NCBI GenBank assembly: GCA_934700335.1
Contig: CAKUXM010000006.1
Span: 24,165 to 88,164, forward strand
DNA: 64,000 nucleotides
Direction of reading: 5' to 3'
DNA from: an uncultured Candidatus Melainabacteria bacterium
GTDB lineage: Bacteria > Cyanobacteriota > Vampirovibrionia > Gastranaerophilales > Gastranaerophilaceae
Under the pieces are notes generated by a model. That model saw only the letters and a program-made list of their open reading frames with translations, had not been told where the DNA came from and did no database searches. The position numbers and the translations under genes are program-made. Shown in pieces: positions 8,485 to 15,885 of this stretch. Every line of letters begins with the position of its first letter. Positions within the stretch are counted from its first letter, which is position 1.

Positions 8485-8655
8485 TTAACGTAACAAATCT
8501 GAAATAGTTAACTTGTCGCCGATTTTAGCGTTGTGGAAAGCTAACATTTTTTTGTAGATAGGATTTGTTTGAACAACAGTTTTATTAACCTCTTTAACTA
8601 CATCAGTTGTTTCAGTTGCTTTTTTAAAGTTTAATTCAATTACATTGTTGTTCAT
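8485..8655 (-). CDS. small hypothetical protein (56 aa)
   Basis: Below the track cutoff. ATG at 8655 is preceded by AGAGAGGA 8 nt upstream. Translates MNNNVIELNFKKATETTDVVKEVNKTVVQTNPIYKKMLAFHNAKIGDKLTISDLLR and stops at 8485-8487. It is the first gene of the 8655-7172 minus-strand operon. Confidence 0.55.
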   Translation of the reverse strand: MNNNVIELNFKKATETTDVVKEVNKTVVQTNPIYKKMLAFHNAKIGDKLTISDLLR

Positions 8656-8664
8656 ACTTAAAAT

Positions 8665-8709
8665 CCTCTCTTATGTTTATATAAACAATTCAAATGTTAA
8701 AAAATTGCC
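8665..8709 (-). promoter_or_regulatory. GCAAT-N20-TATATA class motif (copy m)
   Basis: Minus strand reads GGCAAT (rc of 8704-8709), 20 nt, TATATA (8678-8683), then AACATAAGAGAGG. Confidence 0.5.
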
Positions 8710-8947
8710 TTTTTTGATACTTTTATTTTAACATTTCTTTACAAAAATGTAAACATGTAATATCATAAAAGAAACAGGCGAAAACATGATGTAGAGCATG
8801 AAATAGATTGAAATATAAAACTATTAAGATATGTTGCAAAATCTGTAAATTTTTGTAACAATATGCCCGAAACCATGATAAATACTGAAATTTATACTAT
8901 ATATATTTACTTTATTATAATGTAAGTGTGCAGAAAAGGATTATGCT

Positions 8948-10579
8948 ATGGATTGGTCATCAATTTCATTAAATCCATTTAACAAAACTGAAGAAGACAA
9001 AGATGTCAAAAAGAAAAAGGCTGTGGAACAAAAACCAGAGTCTATAGACATTTATGTTGACAAAAATACTAACACTAAAAAAACTAACGATGTTTCTCTT
9101 GTTAGTCAAAAAGCTTTAGAACAAGATGCTGATATGGGTTTAGGTATTCAAAAGACTACTAAATCTGTTCAATCTGATTTAACAAAAGAAGTTAAAGATA
9201 AATTAAAAACTAATGAAAAGAAAACTTACACTCCTGAAAAAGGTCAAGTTTTCAATGATGAATTCATTATCAAAAATTATGGTCATGGTTTAACAAAAGA
9301 AAAATGGAACAAAATGTCTTCAGAAGAGCAAAATAAAATTGCCGGAACATTCATGAATGATATGATTACCAACTACAACAATGACCCTAAAAATAAAGCA
9401 AAAGGTTTGAAATCTTCTGTCGTTCACCAATACGAATTGTATATGAAAAGATGTAAGACACCAGAAGATGTAGAAAGATTGACTCGTACTTGCAAATATT
9501 TGGATACGGATAGACAATTAGATGCGTTTATCAAAGCTCACCAATACGAAAATCCAGAGTTCCAAAAAATTGCTCAAAACATCTTAGCCGAAGATGTTGC
9601 TGATATGGATCAATCTGTTCAGGAAAAAGCTCACGCATATATCAAAGAAAACTTTAATGAAGATGCACAAGCGGTTGCAGTAAGAAAAGTTGGCGCAATG
9701 CAAGATGTTGAAGCTCAAAACAGAGTTTTAGGTGCTTACCGTGAACTTAAAAATGAAAAAGTAGATTTATCAATGTCTGATAACATCGGTACATATTTTA
9801 AAGATAAAGACGGAAATGTTAAAGAAGAATACCAATTAAATTTATTCAATGACTTATTCCAAAATGGTGCTACAGAAAAAGTTAAAGAAAATACAGCTAG
9901 AAATACTTATCAATTAACAAAAGATAACCAAAATGTTGCATCTGATACAGTTATGGCTTCAAATAATGAAGCGTACATCAATGCAATGGCTGAAAACGCT
10001 TACTACTTCCACGAAGACAACGTTGACGCTATCATAAACAAATTAGAAAATTCTGGTTTTGATAGTACAAAAGAAGTTTTACAAAATTCTAAAAACCGCT
10101 ATGAATCAGGTCAAGGACCTACTAGTAGTGAGGTTTATTCGTCAAAGAATAAACCTTCAAATGAATCTTCAAAGGTAGAAACTAGTAAGAAAGAAACAGT
10201 TTCAAAAGAAGAAACAAAAACAACTTCAAATGTTTCTACATCAACAGCGCATATTGATAAAATTGTATTAAACAAGGCTTTGAATACAAATCAAAAAGCT
10301 CAACAAATTAAAGCATTAAATAAAAATGACAAAACCGTTGCAATTGGAAAAATGGTTTCGACTGCTACAATTCCAGAAATTAAAGGTCTTGTCTTAAGTG
10401 GATTAAAATCAGAAGTTTTAGATTACTTGTTAAGCAATTATTCTCCTTCAAACAAAGGCAAGTTGGAGTCAATTGAATACTTGATGAATTCAAGTGAAAC
10501 GATGCGTTATAAAGAAATCTTAGACAAGTTTGATAAGTCTGAGGAAAAACATAATTTTAATAATTTCTTTATAAAATAG
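8948..10579 (+). CDS. hypothetical protein (543 aa) with a C-terminal domain shared with the next gene
   Basis: Intact ORF with an SD-like AAAAGGA upstream. No signal peptide. Ser/Thr/Lys-rich linker, then about 100 aa alignable with the C-terminus of 10813..13167 (ATIPEIKGLVLSGLKSEVLDYLLSNYSP ... NFF). Confidence 0.75.
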   Translation: MDWSSISLNPFNKTEEDKDVKKKKAVEQKPESIDIYVDKNTNTKKTNDVSLVSQKALEQDADMGLGIQKTTKSVQSDLTKEVKDKLKTNEKKTYTPEKGQVFNDEFIIKNYGHGLTKEKWNKMSSEEQNKIAGTFMNDMITNYNNDPKNKAKGLKSSVVHQYELYMKRCKTPEDVERLTRTCKYLDTDRQLDAFIKAHQYENPEFQKIAQNILAEDVADMDQSVQEKAHAYIKENFNEDAQAVAVRKVGAMQDVEAQNRVLGAYRELKNEKVDLSMSDNIGTYFKDKDGNVKEEYQLNLFNDLFQNGATEKVKENTARNTYQLTKDNQNVASDTVMASNNEAYINAMAENAYYFHEDNVDAIINKLENSGFDSTKEVLQNSKNRYESGQGPTSSEVYSSKNKPSNESSKVETSKKETVSKEETKTTSNVSTSTAHIDKIVLNKALNTNQKAQQIKALNKNDKTVAIGKMVSTATIPEIKGLVLSGLKSEVLDYLLSNYSPSNKGKLESIEYLMNSSETMRYKEILDKFDKSEEKHNFNNFFIK

Positions 10580-10588
10580 AAGATAAAA

Positions 10589-10617
10589 ATGGCTCGAATT
10601 TTCGAGCCATTTTTTTT
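10589..10617 (+). terminator. rho-independent terminator
   Basis: Stem ATGGCTCGAA / TTCGAGCCAT followed by TTTTTTT. Confidence 0.8.
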
Positions 10618-10812
10618 GTAATAAATTTTTACAAATCTCGATATTTTTGGGGCATTTTTTAAAACAGAAAATGTCTCAAATCATGTGTTTATCAATATTT
10701 GCATGATTGTAAATTTTTGTAAAATTTTTAAAAAGCTACCCAAAATCGTATCAAAAAATGAGGTAAAAAACACTTTTATAATATAGAGTCTATATAAATG
10801 TAAGGGACAACT

Positions 10813-13167
10813 ATGGGCAAAAGTCTTTCTTTGGACGCAATCAAACAACAATTTAATTTGCCACAAAACGCCACAGTAGCTGAAGTTAAACAGGTTGCTG
10901 AGGCTAATAATATTGTCATAGACTTTTCTAAAAATAAACCTAATGAAGCCCCAGAATTAAATAATCCTTCGGGTAGTATTTGGGGTAGTGATACATCTCA
11001 AACAGCTGGAACAAAATCTTCGTATGGTTTAAAAAATACAGGATTAAACGGAGGCTCTTTATTTGATACATCTGTATCTGGCGGATTGCAAAATAATAAC
11101 TCTGTATTTGGCTTTGGCAGTGGTAATAGTAACCTATCAGACGGGTTTACTTTAAATAAACCTGCCTTTGAAAATCAAGCTCTATCTAAATTTGGTGCTT
11201 CTGGCATGACAAAAGGTTTAAAGGGTTATGATGAAGATACAAATAAGTTTAAACTAAATACGCCTAAAATGAACTTTGGCGCTGGTTTTAAACTTAATGG
11301 CTTTAATAATTTTTTAAGTTCTTCAATGTCTTCATACGACGGAACAAACAAAATTAAATTCGTTGATGATGATAGTGAGAATGTTGTAAAACTTGAATAT
11401 TCTGATGACGGAACAAAAGTAACTAAAACATTTATTGACGGCTCTAAAAAAACTTTTGATGTTACAGAAGATAAACAAGCTCAACGTAAAGAGTTTGGAA
11501 ATGCGTTAAGTACTGAATTTATTACTGTTGAGGGTAAACCTGTAGCTAGAATGACTTTTGCAGACGGTACTGTTCAAGATAGACCAGTTCTTAGAGGTGA
11601 ACATGGTTTTGTAAAAGACGGTAACTCAATTGAGGAAGACTTAGAGGCAACTTTAGGTCAAGACAGAGTTTCTGAATTGCATGAAAAAGGTGCTTCTGCA
11701 AAACAAGAAATTGCTACTATTGATGAAAGTTTAGAAAAACTTTCTGACGAGAAAATTGCAGAGGTTGAAAAAACTGATCCAAAACTTGCTAAAAAATTGA
11801 AAAAAGAAAGAGCAAGTTTATTAAACGATAAAAGAAAAATAAAACAACGCATAAATAAAGAAGAAGAAGCTTTAGCGACAGAATATATCAAAAAAGTATA
11901 TAAAGAATGTGGCGGAGATACAGAAAAAATCAAGGCTAGAATTGAAAGCTTGATTAGAAATTCTGATATGGATACAAAGGCTTCTCAACAAATGGTACAT
12001 ATTTTAGATCGTTTCCATGATAAATACGGTAAACTATCTCACGAGGATATGAAAGGCTTCTTAGCTGGTGCTATTAACCCTTTACATGAAAACGGTGTTG
12101 ATAATGCGGCTGCAATGGCAGAAACTGCTACTATGTTGTCTGGTAAATCTGGTGAAGAAGTTAGGGATGCTTTAGTTGGTGCTGCAAAACAAACTGGCAC
12201 AGAAAAAGTTGTTGCGGAAACAATGGTTCAAAACATTGGTAATGCCATTGATGCAGAAACAGGTAAAGTTGATACTGAAGTTGCTCAAGATATCGGTAGA
12301 AACGTAATTGATTTAACTGGTAAAGACGGTGCAATTGATTTGGCTGAGCAATTACAAAAAGAAGACAGCGATGACTTAAAAGTTGCCGGTAATACTCCTA
12401 TTGATGAATATGCTGCTCAAACTGGTGATGAAGAAATTATTCAAGCGTCTGTTGATGTAATTGCATCTATCGATGATGCAGATAAACAAGTTCAAGCCAA
12501 CGAAAATGCTCATAAAACTTATGAAGAAATGGGTGCTTCTGATGAAATCAAACAAGCTCGTGCCGAAATTATGGGTCAAAATTTATACAAATTTAGTGAA
12601 GATGCAAGAGCGAGAATTGATGAACTTGAACGTCAAAATGATATAAACAATGCTTACAGCACAGCGGCGCAAGAAGCTAAAACAAAATACGAAGCTCAAC
12701 AAAAATCTGAAACTAAAACTAATAAAACAGTAACTAAAACTGAAACAAAAGAAACAAGTTCTTCAAATAGTAAAAGTTCTTCACAAACTACTACAACAAG
12801 AGTTGCAGACTCTTCTGTTGTTATCAAAAACATAGTTTCTAACAAAAACTTGAACTTAATAGAAAAAACTAAAAAATTAAAAGAATTAGGTACAAAAGAT
12901 CAACAAGTTGCTATTAAACAACTTATCGAAAAGGCTACAATTCCAGAAGTTAAAGGCTATATTTTAAGTGGCTTTAAATCAGAAGTATTTAGCTATTTGT
13001 TAGATAATTATTCTCCAGATAAAAAAGAAATTCTTGATTCTGTGAAATATCTAATGACAACAAGTGAAATTGATAAATACAATAAGGTTTTGAAGTCAGA
13101 AGAAGAAAAAAATAACGCACAAGCTGTTCAAAATCAAAATAAAAATGTTAATTTCTTTAAAATGTAA
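10813..13167 (+). CDS. hypothetical protein (784 aa), C-terminal paralog of 8948..10579
   Basis: SD AAGGGA 5 nt before the ATG. Gly/Ser/Asn-rich N-terminal third, a long acidic helical middle, a Ser/Thr/Lys linker, then ATIPEVKGYILSGFKSEVFSYLLDNYSP ... NFFKM. Confidence 0.75.
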   Translation: MGKSLSLDAIKQQFNLPQNATVAEVKQVAEANNIVIDFSKNKPNEAPELNNPSGSIWGSDTSQTAGTKSSYGLKNTGLNGGSLFDTSVSGGLQNNNSVFGFGSGNSNLSDGFTLNKPAFENQALSKFGASGMTKGLKGYDEDTNKFKLNTPKMNFGAGFKLNGFNNFLSSSMSSYDGTNKIKFVDDDSENVVKLEYSDDGTKVTKTFIDGSKKTFDVTEDKQAQRKEFGNALSTEFITVEGKPVARMTFADGTVQDRPVLRGEHGFVKDGNSIEEDLEATLGQDRVSELHEKGASAKQEIATIDESLEKLSDEKIAEVEKTDPKLAKKLKKERASLLNDKRKIKQRINKEEEALATEYIKKVYKECGGDTEKIKARIESLIRNSDMDTKASQQMVHILDRFHDKYGKLSHEDMKGFLAGAINPLHENGVDNAAAMAETATMLSGKSGEEVRDALVGAAKQTGTEKVVAETMVQNIGNAIDAETGKVDTEVAQDIGRNVIDLTGKDGAIDLAEQLQKEDSDDLKVAGNTPIDEYAAQTGDEEIIQASVDVIASIDDADKQVQANENAHKTYEEMGASDEIKQARAEIMGQNLYKFSEDARARIDELERQNDINNAYSTAAQEAKTKYEAQQKSETKTNKTVTKTETKETSSSNSKSSSQTTTTRVADSSVVIKNIVSNKNLNLIEKTKKLKELGTKDQQVAIKQLIEKATIPEVKGYILSGFKSEVFSYLLDNYSPDKKEILDSVKYLMTTSEIDKYNKVLKSEEEKNNAQAVQNQNKNVNFFKM

Positions 13168-13181
13168 TAAATTTAATTAAT

Positions 13182-13218
13182 AAAAGAAGGCTCACCTTTT
13201 AGGTGAGCCTTCTTTTTA
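13182..13218. terminator. bidirectional terminator between 10813..13167 (+) and pfp (-)
   Basis: 15-bp stem AAAAGAAGGCTCACC / GGTGAGCCTTCTTTT with flanking A/T runs. Confidence 0.8.
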
Positions 13219-13231
13219 TATAGTCTAAAAA

Positions 13232-14893
13232 CTATTTGTGTTCGATTTGTAAAGTAACAGTTGTTAAATCACAAACTTCAGTTGGTCCAAAGTATTGAAT
13301 AGCACCTGGGAATAAATAACGGTCGTTCATAGCCCATTCTTCTCTCATTGATTCTAATTCTTTAAATACTTTGCTGTCTAATTTAATTAGAGCTTTTTGT
13401 ATAACTGGTTTCATAGCTCCATGACGTTTTTCCATGTTCATCATCATTGTTAGAGGAACACCACCAGCAACCCATTCGTTAGCAGGTTTAATTAAGTTTT
13501 TAACTGATGATAAGTAACCTGTTAAACCGAAGTTAATCAATGCGAATGCGTTGAAACCAAGAGAGTAGCAGTAATCAGCATCAAAGTTTGATGGGAATGC
13601 GCAACGTCCTTCATAACCGAAGAAGTGAGCTTGGTCAGAGAATTTACCTACGTAGATACCTTCATCTTTAAGTTCGTTCAATCTTGTTCTAATCATTTCG
13701 ATTAACAATTTTTCTGTTTCAATTCTTGAAACTTGAACGTTGCCGTGAGGGTCTCTGTCCATTAATAATTGAGCTTTGATTAATGCTGGTAAACTCATGA
13801 ATAATTTAGCGTTTGCTTCGTCTAATTTAGAAGCGATAATTGTGAATTTTTCTTCTGAACGTACGTTTTGATATTTTTCATCTGATTCTAAATCGTGAGT
13901 TAAATCGTTCAATTTAGAGATAAGGTCTTTCATTTCAGGAATGAATTCAATTAAACCTTCTGGAACGATGATGATACCAAAGTTTTTACCGTTTTCAGCA
14001 CGTTTGCAAATTACTTTACAAATATCTTCAACGATTTGGTTTAAAGACATTTTCTTTTCTTCAACTTCTTCTGAAACTAAGCAGATGTTTGGTTGAGTTT
14101 GTAAAGCAGCTTCAACTGCAACGTGAGAGGCACTTCTACCCATGATTTTGATAAAGTGCCAATATTTTTTAGCTGAGTTAGCATCTCTTTGAATGTTACC
14201 AATTAATTCAGCGTAAGTTTTTGTAGCTGTGTCGAAACCGAAAGAAATTTCGATTTGGTCGTTTTTTAAGTCTCCGTCGATTGTTTTAGGGCAACCAATA
14301 ACTTGGATACCTGTGTTATTTGCAACAAACCATTCAGCCAATAATGCTGCGTTAGTATTTGAATCATCACCACCAATAATTACTACAGCAGAGATGTTTA
14401 ATTTTTTACAAACTTCTAAAGATTTTTTGAATTGTTCTTCGGTTTCTAATTTTGTTCTACCAGAACCGATGATATCAAAACCACCTGTGTTTCTGTAAGC
14501 ATCAATGAACTTGTCATCAAATTCAACGTATTTACCTTCAATAATACCAGAAGGACCGCCTAAAAAACCATATAACTTGTTTTCAGGGTTAGCTTGTTTT
14601 AAAGCATCATATAAACCTGCAACAACGTTGTGTCCACCAGGAGCTTGACCACCAGATAGGATTACACCAACGTTTTTAATTTCTGATTTTTTTGTATCAT
14701 TGCTTACTGCAAATTCTACGATTGATTGTCCGTATGTGTTTTTGAATAATTCTTTAATTTGTTCTTTATCTTTTACGGCTTCAGTTTTTTCTTTTTCAAC
14801 GCAAACTAAGTTATTAATACCTGCTTTTAGAGTATCAGGAAGTTTAGGTTGATATTTTAATCTTTCGATTTGTAAAGGTGAAAGTTCTTTCAT
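13232..14893 (-). CDS. pfp: diphosphate-dependent 6-phosphofructokinase (long form)
   Basis: PFK-family motifs [11 protein letters not shown] (the GGDD form is typical of PPi enzymes) and IMGRSASH. 553 aa. Confidence 0.85.
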   Translation of the reverse strand: MKELSPLQIERLKYQPKLPDTLKAGINNLVCVEKEKTEAVKDKEQIKELFKNTYGQSIVEFAVSNDTKKSEIKNVGVILSGGQAPGGHNVVAGLYDALKQANPENKLYGFLGGPSGIIEGKYVEFDDKFIDAYRNTGGFDIIGSGRTKLETEEQFKKSLEVCKKLNISAVVIIGGDDSNTNAALLAEWFVANNTGIQVIGCPKTIDGDLKNDQIEISFGFDTATKTYAELIGNIQRDANSAKKYWHFIKIMGRSASHVAVEAALQTQPNICLVSEEVEEKKMSLNQIVEDICKVICKRAENGKNFGIIIVPEGLIEFIPEMKDLISKLNDLTHDLESDEKYQNVRSEEKFTIIASKLDEANAKLFMSLPALIKAQLLMDRDPHGNVQVSRIETEKLLIEMIRTRLNELKDEGIYVGKFSDQAHFFGYEGRCAFPSNFDADYCYSLGFNAFALINFGLTGYLSSVKNLIKPANEWVAGGVPLTMMMNMEKRHGAMKPVIQKALIKLDSKVFKELESMREEWAMNDRYLFPGAIQYFGPTEVCDLTTVTLQIEHK

Positions 14894-15005
14894 AATCTCT
14901 CCTATTAAATTTGTACTAACCTTTTAAAATTAGATATCTCTATCCATAGGTATACTACTACAAAAATAAAATTATTAAAATAATTTAACAATTAATAAAA
15001 TAAAA

Positions 15006-15047
15006 GGCAATTATTTTTGAGTCATGGAGTTTATATAGGAGTAAGGG
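15006..15047 (+). promoter_or_regulatory. GCAAT-N20-TATATA class motif (copy b) with no ORF downstream
   Basis: GGCAAT 15006-15011, 20 nt, TATATA 15032-15037, then GGAGTAAGGG. CATGGAGT lies at 15023-15030. Confidence 0.5.
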
Positions 15048-15222
15048 AATTAAAGATTTACTTAGGGAAAATTTAATAGTTTAAATGAGGAAGATATCGA
15101 GTAACGAATAAGTTATGAGATAAGGAACAAGTTTTAAATATAGGATAGAAATATCTTATACTCTCTCTCTTAATATCCTCGTGTTTATTTAATGTTTGTC
15201 GCAATCGACAAACTTTTTTTTT
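15044..15222 (+). ncRNA. candidate small RNA (orphan promoter-to-terminator unit, about 180 nt)
   Basis: Bounded by motif copy b and a strong terminator. The only ATG-initiated reading frames are 2 and 8 codons and stop codons are frequent. Five to six GGA motifs in the 5' half, an 8-bp hairpin with a GAAA loop at 15140-15159, and a CUCUCUCUCU tract at 15161-15170. Confidence 0.35.
15194..15222 (+). terminator. rho-independent terminator of the ORF-less unit
   Basis: Stem GTTTGTCG / CGACAAAC, 4-nt loop, 9-nt T-run. Confidence 0.8.
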
Positions 15223-15228
15223 GAGAGC

Positions 15229-15500
15229 GTGAGCCGGTGTTGCTGGAGTTGACTTTGCGAAGGCAAAGGCAAGCAGAGCAACACTACGATAGCGACACTC
15301 TGCCGAACAAAACAATTGAGTATTGTTTTGTGAGAGGAACGATTGGACGGAGTCCGAAACCCACAGGAGCAAAACAATCACAAAACTCTGAATTGCCGTT
15401 TAACGCAAACCCATCAAATAGTCATTGTCGTTTAATGCGAGCGCAGAAACTATGTGAGCCGGTGTTGCTGGAGGTGTTTTGTGAAATGAACAATTGAGTT
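15229..15500. repeat. mosaic of short GC-richer repeat modules (locus 1)
   Basis: The 20-mer GTGAGCCGGTGTTGCTGGAG is present at 15229-15248 and 15454-15473. Hairpin CTTTGCGAAGGCAAAG at 15253-15268 and module AAAACTCTGAATTGCCGTTTAACGCAAAC at 15382-15410 both recur at 45.7-45.8 kb in a different order. Confidence 0.7.
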
Positions 15501-15569
15501 GGCTAAACTTGTGTACAGGAGTGAAGTTAAGGGGTTGACAATCAATAAAAAATCGTAAATAATATAGGT

Positions 15570-15689
15570 GTAGGGCGAAGCTCTCAAGAGATAAGCAGCC
15601 TTAAGAGCTTTCTTCGCACCTTACGATTTAAACAAATTAAGTGCTACTAAGAGTATGTCAAGTGCTATTAGTAGCATTATTATTTTGTC
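15570..15689 (+). ncRNA. candidate antisense RNA of cassette T1
   Basis: TTGACA at 15535-15540, then AT-rich -10 candidates (AATAAT/TAATAT at 15558-15565). The transcript would start near GTAGGGC (15570) and run antisense to the peptide ORF 3' part. It would end at hairpin GCTACTAA/TTAGTAGC (15643-15675) followed by ATTATTATTTTG. Confidence 0.3.
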
Positions 15690-15701
15690 AATCATAGACA
15701 T
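15621..15701 (-). CDS. candidate small hydrophobic peptide (type I toxin-like), 26 aa (24 aa from the second ATG)
   Basis: AGGAGG (rc of 15705-15710) is 3 nt before ATG 15701 and 9 nt before ATG 15695. Translates MSMIDKIIMLLIALDILLVALNLFKS and stops at 15621-15623. A possible TTATCA-17-TAAAAT promoter is the rc of 15799-15804 / 15776-15781. Confidence 0.4.
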   Translation of the reverse strand: MSMIDKIIMLLIALDILLVALNLFKS

Positions 15702-15885
15702 AGCCCTCCTTTCCGTTCAATTTCTTCGTAATTGCGTGTAACGGAAGTTAGCATAGTGCTAAGCCCTACGTTCCTATTTTATCATAATCTTCCCTTTTTG
15801 ATAAAAATCCTTGCTATAATTTGTAATTATATTTTTAAGTGGTATAACTTAATTATAGATTTAGACAAAATTTAGAGGAAATTTT

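Noticed and set aside
15340-15380. RNase P RNA-like string GGAGTCCGAAACCCACAGGAGC.
   Set aside because: It only loosely resembles the P4 region GAGGAAAGUCCGGGC. The other universally conserved RNase P blocks (for example ACAGAAA..ACCGCC) are absent nearby.
15073-15497. Three overlapping track ORFs in the pfp-thrS gap (15073..15381 -, 15189..15377 -, 15237..15497 +).
   Set aside because: They overlap each other on both strands, lie in repeat modules and across a terminator, lack SDs and have odd Cys/Arg-rich composition. They are treated as noise.
15229-15500. Possible CRISPR array or retron/DGR-like element, because of the 20-bp direct repeat and GC-rich hairpins.
   Set aside because: There are only two copies of the 20-mer, with no regular repeat-spacer periodicity. 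No cas, reverse transcriptase or template/variable-repeat pair is present anywhere in the window.
15540-15885. T-box or other leader riboswitch for thrS. The same was checked upstream of gltX, aspS and proS.
   Set aside because: No T-box sequence (GGTGGTACCGCG-like) or specifier-loop architecture is visible. The thrS upstream region is better explained by cassette T1 on the opposite strand. The other aaRS genes have short leaders.
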